Origin: a virus
DNA: 61,464 bases
IMG/VR virus record: IMGVR_UViG_3300031673_000040
Span: 1-61,464 of that record
Strand: one strand, 5' to 3'
Position numbers and translations under genes: made by a program. The notes under the pieces are model-generated. The model was not told the origin of the DNA, did not search any database, and saw only the letters and a program-made list of their open reading frames with translations. Shown piece after piece: positions 33,486 to 41,529 of this stretch (position 1 is the first letter of the stretch; each line of letters starts with the position of its first letter).

Positions 33486-34298
33486 ATGGCAAAAGCAAAA
33501 ACCGAAGTCGCAGTTAAAGAGGAAACAGGTGTGGCGACCCTCACCCCATCTCAGTTGGCAATCCAAACAATGCTCGCAGAAAACTCTGGTTCAGGGTTTG
33601 AAGAAGCGGGGATGGAAAGCTTTGCTATTCCTTTCATTTCAATTCTCCAAGCACTGTCTCCGCAGTGCAAGAAATCTGAAGGCGCTTACATCCCAGGTGC
33701 TGAAGAAGGTATGTTCCTGAATTCCGTAACGCAGGAAGTTATGAACGGCGAAACAGGTATCGACTTCATTCCCGTTTACTTCTCACAGCGTTTCATCGCC
33801 TGGGGACTGCGTGAAAAGGGCGGCGGGTTCAAGGGCGAGTATTTGCCTACGGATCCAATTGTTGGTCAAACAACTCGCGATGAAAAAGGTCGTGACATCC
33901 TGAACAGCAACAGCGAAGTACAACTGGTCGATACGCGGACGCATTATGGCCTACTCAAAGCAGACGATGATTGGGCGCCCGCAGTTTTGAGCTTCTCATC
34001 AACCCAGGTTAAGAAGTCCAAGCAGTGGATGTCTCGTATGCAGCAGATCCGCATTCAGGGCCTGAATGGGCCCGTACCAGCACCGATGTTCTCGCGCATC
34101 TGGAACCTGCAATCCATTCCCGAAAGCAACGACCAAGGTTCGTGGATGGGCTACAAGATCGGCAACTCAACGCAGATTGAAGACGAGCAACTCTTGCTCC
34201 GTGCAATGACCTTGAAGGAACAAGTACAAGACGGATTGGCAAAAGCGTCGTACGAAGATCCTACCAAGACTGTCAAAGACGAAGACGAAGACTTCTAA
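33486..34298 (+). CDS. Putative ssDNA-binding / recombination-mediator protein
   Basis: The C-terminal acidic tail KDEDEDF resembles the SSB protein-interaction tip. Lies in the replication module. Confidence 0.4.
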   Translation: MAKAKTEVAVKEETGVATLTPSQLAIQTMLAENSGSGFEEAGMESFAIPFISILQALSPQCKKSEGAYIPGAEEGMFLNSVTQEVMNGETGIDFIPVYFSQRFIAWGLREKGGGFKGEYLPTDPIVGQTTRDEKGRDILNSNSEVQLVDTRTHYGLLKADDDWAPAVLSFSSTQVKKSKQWMSRMQQIRIQGLNGPVPAPMFSRIWNLQSIPESNDQGSWMGYKIGNSTQIEDEQLLLRAMTLKEQVQDGLAKASYEDPTKTVKDEDEDF

Positions 34299-34361
34299 AG
34301 CGTCAAGTAGTGCAACACCCACGGTGCAGGGGCATCGTGGGAACCTACTTGAGAGCTACTA

Positions 34362-35873
34362 ATGGGTCTGGAAACTGATTTCTTTGAGCTATACGGCGGC
34401 CTTAACAGAGCATACGGCACTTACGTTCAAGGGCAAGTAAACGAAGTCAAGAATAAGATGGAGGGTAAGGCCCAGACCGTTTCGGGTACTTACGAACCTA
34501 GACTGTGGATTTCGCACCTAGCAGGTGACAAGGGCATTGGTGTAATTCCCATCACCGACGAAGCGACCTGCAATTGGGGCGCTATAGACATTGACGTCTA
34601 CCCACTCGATTTAGAAGCACTTGAAAAGAAACTGCAACAACTGAATTTTCCACTCGTTGTTCTCAGAACAAAGAGCGGCGGTGCGCACCTGACCATGTAC
34701 TTGAAGACGTACATCAGCGCGTCAACCGTCAGATCAAAACTCACAGAGTTCAGCGTAGCACTCGGCTATGGCGGTGTTGAGATTTACCCAAAGCAAACGA
34801 AACTTGCAAACGGGCGCGACACAGGCAACTGGCTCAACATGCCCTACTTCAATGCTCTTAAGACAACGCGCTATGCAATAAAAGACGGCGCACCTTTGTC
34901 GGTTGACGAGTTTGTTAAGTACGCAAGATCCAAAGCTATATCAGCAAAGCAACTCGCAGAATTCGAGGTAAAACTAAGCGATACGTTCGCTGACGGTCCG
35001 CCATGCCTGCAGATAATGGCAATGAATGGCGTCCCTGAAGGTGCTCGTAATAACGCGCTTTTCGCCATGGGCGTTTACGCCATGCTGAAATACGACGACG
35101 GCTGGGAAGCAGAGCTAGACTTAATCAATCGTAATGTGATGGTTCCGCCTTTGGCAGTGCGTGACGTTCAGATGATTGGGCGTTCACTTAGCAAGAAGGA
35201 CTACTTTTATCCCTGCAACAAGCCGCCATGCGTAAATCTGTGTAATAAAGATCTGTGCAAGAAACGCAAATTCGGTATAGCAGAACTCGACGCAAAAGAC
35301 CTCGGAATAAACCTTGGCGATCTTATAAAGGTAATGACAGATCCGCCTATTTGGTTTATTGACGTTGAGGGTGTTCGTATCGAGCTAGACACAGAGGATC
35401 TGGTAAGTCAGGAGCGATTTAGGAAACTTGTTGTATCTGCAATTAACAAGCTGCCTGGAAAGATTAAACTCGCTGATTACGAAAAGATGATTCGTGATAA
35501 ACTTGAGAATGTGCAGCTACAGGAAGCACCTGTTGAGTCGGGAACAAAGGGACGGATATCTTTCCATATCGAACAGTTTTTCAATGTCACAACACCTGCT
35601 CGTATTAAAGATGAAATCATCCTAGGTAGGCACTGGACAGATCCAAGCTCAAACGTTACGCATTTCCGTGGTGCGGACTTACTACGCTATCTCGAGATGC
35701 AGGGCTTGCGTTTAGATTCAAGACGCGTTTGGATCCTGCTAAAAGACATAAAGGGTGAGCAAGGAAATCTGAAGGTTAAAGGACGTGATGTACCTACCTG
35801 GAGTCTAGTGTTACGCAACGATGAAAATGAGTCTTTTGAAGTACCTGAAATAACTGGAGATACTACGTTTTGA
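34362..35873 (+). CDS. Primase-polymerase (AEP-type) / replication initiation protein
   Basis: GIGVIPI...NWGAIDIDVY contains the DxD motif. KSGGAHL contains the His motif typical of prim-pol domains. Confidence 0.6.
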   Translation: MGLETDFFELYGGLNRAYGTYVQGQVNEVKNKMEGKAQTVSGTYEPRLWISHLAGDKGIGVIPITDEATCNWGAIDIDVYPLDLEALEKKLQQLNFPLVVLRTKSGGAHLTMYLKTYISASTVRSKLTEFSVALGYGGVEIYPKQTKLANGRDTGNWLNMPYFNALKTTRYAIKDGAPLSVDEFVKYARSKAISAKQLAEFEVKLSDTFADGPPCLQIMAMNGVPEGARNNALFAMGVYAMLKYDDGWEAELDLINRNVMVPPLAVRDVQMIGRSLSKKDYFYPCNKPPCVNLCNKDLCKKRKFGIAELDAKDLGINLGDLIKVMTDPPIWFIDVEGVRIELDTEDLVSQERFRKLVVSAINKLPGKIKLADYEKMIRDKLENVQLQEAPVESGTKGRISFHIEQFFNVTTPARIKDEIILGRHWTDPSSNVTHFRGADLLRYLEMQGLRLDSRRVWILLKDIKGEQGNLKVKGRDVPTWSLVLRNDENESFEVPEITGDTTF

Positions 35874-37393
35874 AGATAACCAATAACCAACGCCTTATTC
35901 TTGGACCTCCGGGTTGCGGGAAAACAACAAGGTCGTTAAACCACATTAGCGATGCGCTTGAAAACCGATATGAGCCTGACACGATAGCGTTCGTCAGTTT
36001 TACGCGCAAGGCGATTTTTGAAGCGACGGATAGAGCTTGTACCAAGTTCAATCTGATATCCAACGACTTACCTTATTTCAGAACAGTTCATTCTATGTGT
36101 TTTCGTGCGCTACGCATGTCCAAACAAGATATGATGGAAAGAACAAAGTATAAAGAGCTTGGAGACATTCTTGGTTACAAATTTGAAGGTACATTCGATG
36201 AAAGCGAGACTGGACTGCCTGTTGGGGATGAGCGCGGAGATCGGTTACTGTTTCTTGATAATTTTGCTCGCATAACCTGCAGAAGCCTGCGTGAGACGTG
36301 GGAAACAGCGGACTCGGGTCTCGACTGGTACGAACTCGAACGCCTTAGTAAAACCCTTGCTGCATACAAAGATAAGAAGTGTTTACTAGACTATACTGAC
36401 TTGCTAACGCGTTTCGTTGCGCGAGATAAACCATTACCGATAAAAATGGCAATTGTAGACGAAGCACAGGACTTATCTACGTTACAATGGCAGGTCTTGA
36501 AAGTCGCTTTTCGTGACTGTGAAGAACTGTACATTGCCGGTGACGATGACCAAAGCATTTATCGTTGGTCAGGTGCGGACATCGATACGTTTTTGAGCTT
36601 GGAAGGAGAGCGGGAAGTGCTACATCAGTCGTACAGACTTCCAAGAGCAGTGTACCAGAAAGCCCTGCGTATTATAACGGATGTTCCGAATCGCTTTGAA
36701 AAGCCATTTGCGCCTCGTGACTGTGAAGGAAGCATTGACAGATTGCCAACAATTGACTATGCTGTTATCAAACCAGAAGAATCAACAATGATTCTGGTTC
36801 GAAATGTTTTTCTTTTGGCGCGGGTGCAGAATCTACTGAAAGGGCAAGGGCATCCATTCCTTGGCAGGCACGGGTACTCTAGCATAAAGAGAGAACACGT
36901 AGACGCGATATATTGCTGGGAAGATCTGCAAAAGGGTCGCACAATGCCTCTTAAACGGGTTCAGAACATGTTCGACCACATGCTTGTCGGGAAGTTTCTC
37001 GCACGGGGTGCTAAGGCCAAGATGAATGCTGCTGATAAAGACCTGCGCTTTACTCAAGAAACATTGAAGAAGGAATATGGTCTTCTAAAGTACGATCTGT
37101 GGCACGAAGCGCTTGAGGGTATCGAACTACCAATGCGAGCGTACTACCTGTCTATAATGCACTCGGGAAGAAAGCTTACCGAAGTACCTAAAGTTACGAT
37201 TCAGACGATCCACGGCGTCAAAGGGGGTGAAGCGGACCATGTAATTCTGTTGCCAGATATGTCACGAAGGACGTATGATGATTATGTGAAAAATCCAGTT
37301 GATGAATTAAGAGTAGCGTATGTTGCAGTAACGAGGGCGAAAGAGAAGTTGTCCATTATATCACCAAGCTCGCAACGGGCTTTTCAATACTAA
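35870..37393 (+). CDS. UvrD/Rep-family (SF1) DNA helicase
   Basis: Walker A GPPGCGKTT, motif II IVDEAQDLS, IHGVKGGEADHV and YVAVTRAKEKL. Confidence 0.85.
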   Translation: MKITNNQRLILGPPGCGKTTRSLNHISDALENRYEPDTIAFVSFTRKAIFEATDRACTKFNLISNDLPYFRTVHSMCFRALRMSKQDMMERTKYKELGDILGYKFEGTFDESETGLPVGDERGDRLLFLDNFARITCRSLRETWETADSGLDWYELERLSKTLAAYKDKKCLLDYTDLLTRFVARDKPLPIKMAIVDEAQDLSTLQWQVLKVAFRDCEELYIAGDDDQSIYRWSGADIDTFLSLEGEREVLHQSYRLPRAVYQKALRIITDVPNRFEKPFAPRDCEGSIDRLPTIDYAVIKPEESTMILVRNVFLLARVQNLLKGQGHPFLGRHGYSSIKREHVDAIYCWEDLQKGRTMPLKRVQNMFDHMLVGKFLARGAKAKMNAADKDLRFTQETLKKEYGLLKYDLWHEALEGIELPMRAYYLSIMHSGRKLTEVPKVTIQTIHGVKGGEADHVILLPDMSRRTYDDYVKNPVDELRVAYVAVTRAKEKLSIISPSSQRAFQY

Positions 37394-37403
37394 GGAGTAG
37401 AAA

Positions 37404-38153
37404 ATGTCAAAAGCATTAGTTGTTTTATCGGGCGGGCAGGACTCCACAACCTGCTTATTCTGGGCCCTGTCACGTTTTGACGAAGTTCATGCAATAACTG
37501 TCAACTACGGTCAAAGACACATAATCGAGATAGAAGCTGCGAAAACTGTTGCTTCAATGGCGAAAACTGCGTCACACGAAATCATTGACCTGCCCGGCGT
37601 ATTGCAATCCGTTTCTCCTCTAACGAGTAATGCACCGCTTGAGAAGTATATTAACGCAGGGCAGATGGCGGAAGTCATTGGTGACAGAGTGGAGCTTACT
37701 TTCGTCCCAATGCGCAACATATTTTTCTTTACACTGGCGATGAACAGGGCTGTTGCACTCGGCTGTGCTGCGCTCGTAACCGGCATTTGTCAAGAAGACA
37801 ACGCAAACTATCCTGATTGCACTGAGCAGTTCCGTAACGACTTTGAATGCACTGCGAATTTCTCATTGGGTAGGAATGAAACTAACTGGATAGAAGTCAT
37901 CGCTCCTCTGATGTTCAAATCCAAGAAGGAAACTGTGCTGCTTGCGCGTGACCTGCCCGGCTGTTGGGAAGCTCTTGCGCACACGCATACGTCGTATGAC
38001 GGTAAGTACCCACCGACGGACATGAACCACTCCAACGTCCTTCGCGCAAAGGGTTTTGAAGATGCTGGCTTGCCTGACCCACTTGTTCTTCGCGCTATAA
38101 AAGAGGGTTTAATGGCGGTTCCGGATACACGGAATTACGATGTCATTGCGTGA
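37404..38153 (+). CDS. queC: 7-cyano-7-deazaguanine synthase (QueC family; atypical C-terminus)
   Basis: PP-loop VVLSGGQDSTTC, YGQRH and YPDC. The C-terminal region HTHTSYDGKYPPTDMNHSNVLRAKGF lacks the Cys cluster. Confidence 0.85.
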   Translation: MSKALVVLSGGQDSTTCLFWALSRFDEVHAITVNYGQRHIIEIEAAKTVASMAKTASHEIIDLPGVLQSVSPLTSNAPLEKYINAGQMAEVIGDRVELTFVPMRNIFFFTLAMNRAVALGCAALVTGICQEDNANYPDCTEQFRNDFECTANFSLGRNETNWIEVIAPLMFKSKKETVLLARDLPGCWEALAHTHTSYDGKYPPTDMNHSNVLRAKGFEDAGLPDPLVLRAIKEGLMAVPDTRNYDVIA

Positions 38154-38346
38154 GTGCATAGACGGCCCTTTAAAAGGAGCTGTTTTTAATCTACCGGAAG
38201 GAAGGGCCTCAGCGTTCTTTCATCGCCGGGAAGGGACTGGTCGTTACCTGCCGGTTGGCGACAAGTTCTTGAAGTTTGAATACTGGCGTAAAATGTCTGA
38301 TAAAGAAATAAAGGAGATGCAAAATGTCACGGATAACACAGTTTAG
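38140..38346 (+). CDS. Hypothetical small protein (68 aa)
   Basis: ORF overlapping the queC stop by 14 nt. Confidence 0.4.
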   Translation: MSLRECIDGPLKGAVFNLPEGRASAFFHRREGTGRYLPVGDKFLKFEYWRKMSDKEIKEMQNVTDNTV

Positions 38347-38506
38347 AAGTCTATCTGATCGAGAGCTACTTGCACTCGCAGAGAAAGACGTTCTGCCCAA
38401 CTTCATAGGGACACAGCGCCAGCAGGACATCGTTGTCGAGCTTGTCCAGCGACTCGCAATAGCAGGCCGCCGAGAGCCTAACGTAGGCGGGAAGGGCATA
38501 CTGTGA
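38324..38506 (+). CDS. Hypothetical small protein (60 aa)
   Basis: SD aaggag lies 7 nt upstream. GTGA overlap with queD. Confidence 0.5.
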   Translation: MSRITQFRSLSDRELLALAEKDVLPNFIGTQRQQDIVVELVQRLAIAGRREPNVGGKGIL

Positions 38507-38949
38507 TAACCGCCGAACGTTACCATGACATATCCGCCGGTCATCGCGTGTTTGGGCACGAAAGCAAATGCGCACACCTTCATGGACACAACTATCGTAT
38601 ACACTTCAAGATAGCTGGTGCTCCAACGGAGGACAATCAGGAGGGCTTGGACACTGTGGGTCGTGTTATCGACTTCTCCGTTATCAAAGAAAAACTCTGC
38701 ATGTGGCTCGAAGAGAAGTGGGATCACAAGTTCCTTGCTTGGAAAGAAGACCCATGGGCTGATTACTTGTACCAGATTGACCGTCAAGGCCTTGTCATAA
38801 CGCCGTTTAACCCAACTGCTGAGAACATGGCACACTATCTTATGTTCACTGTCGGACCCGAGCAACTTAAAGGCACTGGTTGCGTTCTCATATCTGTACG
38901 CGTTGAAGAAACGCGTAAGTGTACAGCAACCTCGGAGATATTCGTATGA
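38503..38949 (+). CDS. queD: 6-carboxy-5,6,7,8-tetrahydropterin synthase
   Basis: HRVFGHESKCAHLHGHNY contains the Cys and His-x-His Zn site. The size is typical of QueD/PTPS. Confidence 0.9.
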   Translation: MITAERYHDISAGHRVFGHESKCAHLHGHNYRIHFKIAGAPTEDNQEGLDTVGRVIDFSVIKEKLCMWLEEKWDHKFLAWKEDPWADYLYQIDRQGLVITPFNPTAENMAHYLMFTVGPEQLKGTGCVLISVRVEETRKCTATSEIFV

Positions 38950-39845
38950 GCAAGGAAAAGTACTATCTAAATCATCGTGAGATAGAGCGTCTGGCGTCTG
39001 CGGCAATAGCTCCTCACTTGATTCGTAGGGACTGCCAAACAACTGTTTACGCTGTCCCGAGAGGAGGTGTTCCAGCGGCCTACGCAATGGCCGCCGCCGG
39101 TCTCAATATACGTCTTGTTGACGTACCCGAAGATGCCGAACTGATAGTTGACGACATAATTGCCAGCGGCGCAACACGCGAACGTTATGCGCACCTAAAA
39201 GTACCGTTCGTATCTCTGATAGACCAACGAAAAGAGTCTATTTATTCTGGGAGATGGATTGTCTTTCCGTGGGAAGCAACTGACAAGAAGGATGATTCGT
39301 TTTCCGATAACATAACTCGCCTTTTGCAATTCATTGGCGAAGATCCGAAACGTGGCGGCCTAATTGAAACGCCTCAACGTGTCGTTAAAGCATGGGAAGA
39401 ATGGACGAGTGGCTATGGAAAAGATCCTGCAAAGATCCTTAAGGTATTTGACGACGGCGGCGAGTCTTACGACCAAATCGTCCTTGTCAGAGATATTCCT
39501 TTCTACAGCCATTGCGAACACCATCTCGCTCCTTTTTTCGGTACTGCTCACGTTGGGTACATTCCTAACGGGAGCATTGTTGGTCTTAGTAAGCTGCCTG
39601 AGGTTGTTGATATTTTTGCTAGACGTCTACAGGTACAAGAGCGTCTCACTAATCAGATTGCTGACGCTATTTGGGATAATCTGAAACCCAAAGCAGTGGG
39701 CGTTGTTGTGTCTGCTCGGCACTTGTGCATGGAATCACGGGGCAAGAAAAAGAGCGGTAGTTCCACTGTAACGAGTGCGCTGCGAGGAACAATGCTTACC
39801 GAACCTGACTGTCGTGCGGAGTTTTTCAACTTGATTAAACTGTAA
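38946..39845 (+). CDS. folE: Fusion protein: N-terminal type I phosphoribosyltransferase-like domain + GTP cyclohydrolase I
   Basis: N-terminal part: VPRGGVPAAY...ELIVDDIIASGAT (PRPP loop). C-terminal part: ETPQRVVKAW, FYSHCEHHLAPF and LQVQERLT (GCH-I). ATGA overlap with queD. Confidence 0.85.
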   Translation: MSKEKYYLNHREIERLASAAIAPHLIRRDCQTTVYAVPRGGVPAAYAMAAAGLNIRLVDVPEDAELIVDDIIASGATRERYAHLKVPFVSLIDQRKESIYSGRWIVFPWEATDKKDDSFSDNITRLLQFIGEDPKRGGLIETPQRVVKAWEEWTSGYGKDPAKILKVFDDGGESYDQIVLVRDIPFYSHCEHHLAPFFGTAHVGYIPNGSIVGLSKLPEVVDIFARRLQVQERLTNQIADAIWDNLKPKAVGVVVSARHLCMESRGKKKSGSSTVTSALRGTMLTEPDCRAEFFNLIKL

Positions 39846-39854
39846 CCTGAGGTA

Positions 39855-39883
39855 TTGCATAAGATTACGTGTTGTGCAATAAT
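39855..39883 (+). promoter_or_regulatory. Sigma70-like promoter TTGCAT-17-AATAAT
   Basis: Read directly: ttgcat aagattacgtgttgtgc aataat. Shares the TTGCATAAG core with the leftward operator palindromes. Confidence 0.5.
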
Positions 39884-39900
39884 ACAACTACTCAGGCGCT

Positions 39901-39926
39901 GTGGTGCGAGGAACAGTTCGCACCAC
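39901..39926 (+). other. Perfect 9-bp stem-loop in the folE-ligase gap
   Basis: gtggtgcga ggaacagt tcgcaccac, with no T-tract. Confidence 0.5.
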
Positions 39927-39954
39927 AACCGATGAGTCTATAACCGGAGGAAAT

Positions 39955-40857
39955 ATGAAGCCAATGAAATTTGAAAGTCTTATGGATCGCGATGGTAGCG
40001 TTCACCTGGAGCGCGTGATTTATCCGAAGTACGGCAGTGCAAAGATAGACGGTAATCGCTTGTATGTGGAAGATGGGCAAGCAAAGGCGTCGTCCGGTAA
40101 GCCAACAAAGAACGCGTACATTCGTGAATACCTGAGCAAGCCTGAGTTCGACGGTCTTGACGGTGAGGTGGTTGTCGGATCACCAACAGCAAAGGACGTT
40201 CGGCGTCGCACAAGTAGCGGCGTAAGCACGCTCTTCGGCGAACCTGACTTCACCTTCCTTGTGTTTGACGACAGAACAAACCCTAACTTAGCATTCATGC
40301 AGCGCCTTGAAAATGCTGCCGATCGTGTAAATGCTTTTGACGACAAGCGCATAAAGCTAGTCCCACATCTTCGCATAAGCGACATCTCTGACCTGCTCGG
40401 ATTCGAGAGCAAACTGCTCGAAGTAGGCTGGGAAGGCATCATGCTCCGTGACCCACTTGCGCCCTACAAAGCGGGAAAGACAACGGTTCGCGAGAATTGG
40501 GGCTTCAAACTGAAACGGTTTGAGGACGGCGAAGCAGTTATTATCGGTTCTTACGAAAGGATGCACAATGACAACGAAGCTACCACAAACGAACTTGGCG
40601 GTACCAGTCGTTCGTCGCACGTTGGAAATAAACGACCTGCAGGAGATCTTGGAGGCTTGGAAGTCCGGGATGTTAAAACCGGGGTTGAATTTAGTGTGGG
40701 AACCGGGTTTGACGCCGCAGTTCGTGTGGTTCTCTGGAACGAGCGTGAGACCCTTGAGGGGCGAATTATCACATATAAGCATTTCCCTATAGGTGCGAAG
40801 GACAAGCCAAATCTACCGTCATTCGTTGCATTCAGGGACGAGGATGATATATCGTGA
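39955..40857 (+). CDS. lig: ATP-dependent DNA ligase
   Basis: Adenylation motif SAKIDGNR (KxDG), plus EGIMLR and FKLKRF. SD ggagga upstream of the ATG at 39955. Confidence 0.85.
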   Translation: MKPMKFESLMDRDGSVHLERVIYPKYGSAKIDGNRLYVEDGQAKASSGKPTKNAYIREYLSKPEFDGLDGEVVVGSPTAKDVRRRTSSGVSTLFGEPDFTFLVFDDRTNPNLAFMQRLENAADRVNAFDDKRIKLVPHLRISDISDLLGFESKLLEVGWEGIMLRDPLAPYKAGKTTVRENWGFKLKRFEDGEAVIIGSYERMHNDNEATTNELGGTSRSSHVGNKRPAGDLGGLEVRDVKTGVEFSVGTGFDAAVRVVLWNERETLEGRIITYKHFPIGAKDKPNLPSFVAFRDEDDIS

Positions 40858-41195
40858 TTGGCGCACTTGGCGACCTTGTGTCGCAATACCTTTCAGTACC
40901 AAGAGAAGTCAGAGCGGCGGGTATGCCGAGTGACGAAGTACGCTGCATCGGTTGTAGCACCGTAGCAAAAGGAGAGGTAGAAACGCAAGCTCTGTTTTAT
41001 CACAGTAAAGCAGACACCCATAAACCAAACGGGATAACAGTGTGTAGGAAAGCAGGATCCGTCTTGCAGCCCTGCAAAGCATGTACCTGTAAAAAGCAAA
41101 GGAATAGTCGTGAACGAAACAAACAGCGAAAATCTAAAAGCACTCGGCAGCAGCACAACGTACTCGTACGACAAGCCCAACCCGGAACTCCTTGA
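40854..41195 (+). CDS. Zn-ribbon-like basic protein (113 aa), overlapping queF by 86 nt
   Basis: CIGC ... CKAC Cys pairs. GTGA overlap with the ligase stop. The Lys/Arg-rich tail is read in an alternative frame of the queF 5' end. Confidence 0.4.
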   Translation: MIGALGDLVSQYLSVPREVRAAGMPSDEVRCIGCSTVAKGEVETQALFYHSKADTHKPNGITVCRKAGSVLQPCKACTCKKQRNSRERNKQRKSKSTRQQHNVLVRQAQPGTP

Positions 41196-41529
41196 GTACT
41201 TTCCGTGCCCATTTGACGACCGCGTCGGCGGCTTGGTTCAGATTGAGGCGCCTGAGTTTACAAGCCTTTGCCCAAAGACGGGACAACCTGACTTTGCGAA
41301 GATCGTCATTGACTACATTCCCGAAGAGCGTTGCGTGGAATCGAAGTCCCTGAAACTGTACCTGGGTTCTTTCCGTATGCACGGCGAGTTCCACGAGTCT
41401 TGTGTTGCGCGTATCCATCGTGACCTGGCTTTGCTTCTGCGTCCTAAATGGTTGCGGGTTCAAGGTCAATTTACGCCGAGGGGCGGCATCAAGTTCTGGC
41501 CTACGGTTGAAAAGAACTGGACTGAATAA
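41110..41529 (+). CDS. queF: NADPH-dependent 7-cyano-7-deazaguanine reductase (unimodular YkvM type)
   Basis: Catalytic-Cys motif [14 protein letters not shown], QueF motif ESKSLKLYL, and TPRGGI. Confidence 0.9.
   Translation: MNETNSENLKALGSSTTYSYDKPNPELLEYFPCPFDDRVGGLVQIEAPEFTSLCPKTGQPDFAKIVIDYIPEERCVESKSLKLYLGSFRMHGEFHESCVARIHRDLALLLRPKWLRVQGQFTPRGGIKFWPTVEKNWTE

Noticed and set aside
38209-39087. A 292-aa minus-strand ORF across queD/folE
   Set aside because: It is antisense to genes with unambiguous catalytic motifs. Its composition is typical of a reverse-frame artefact.
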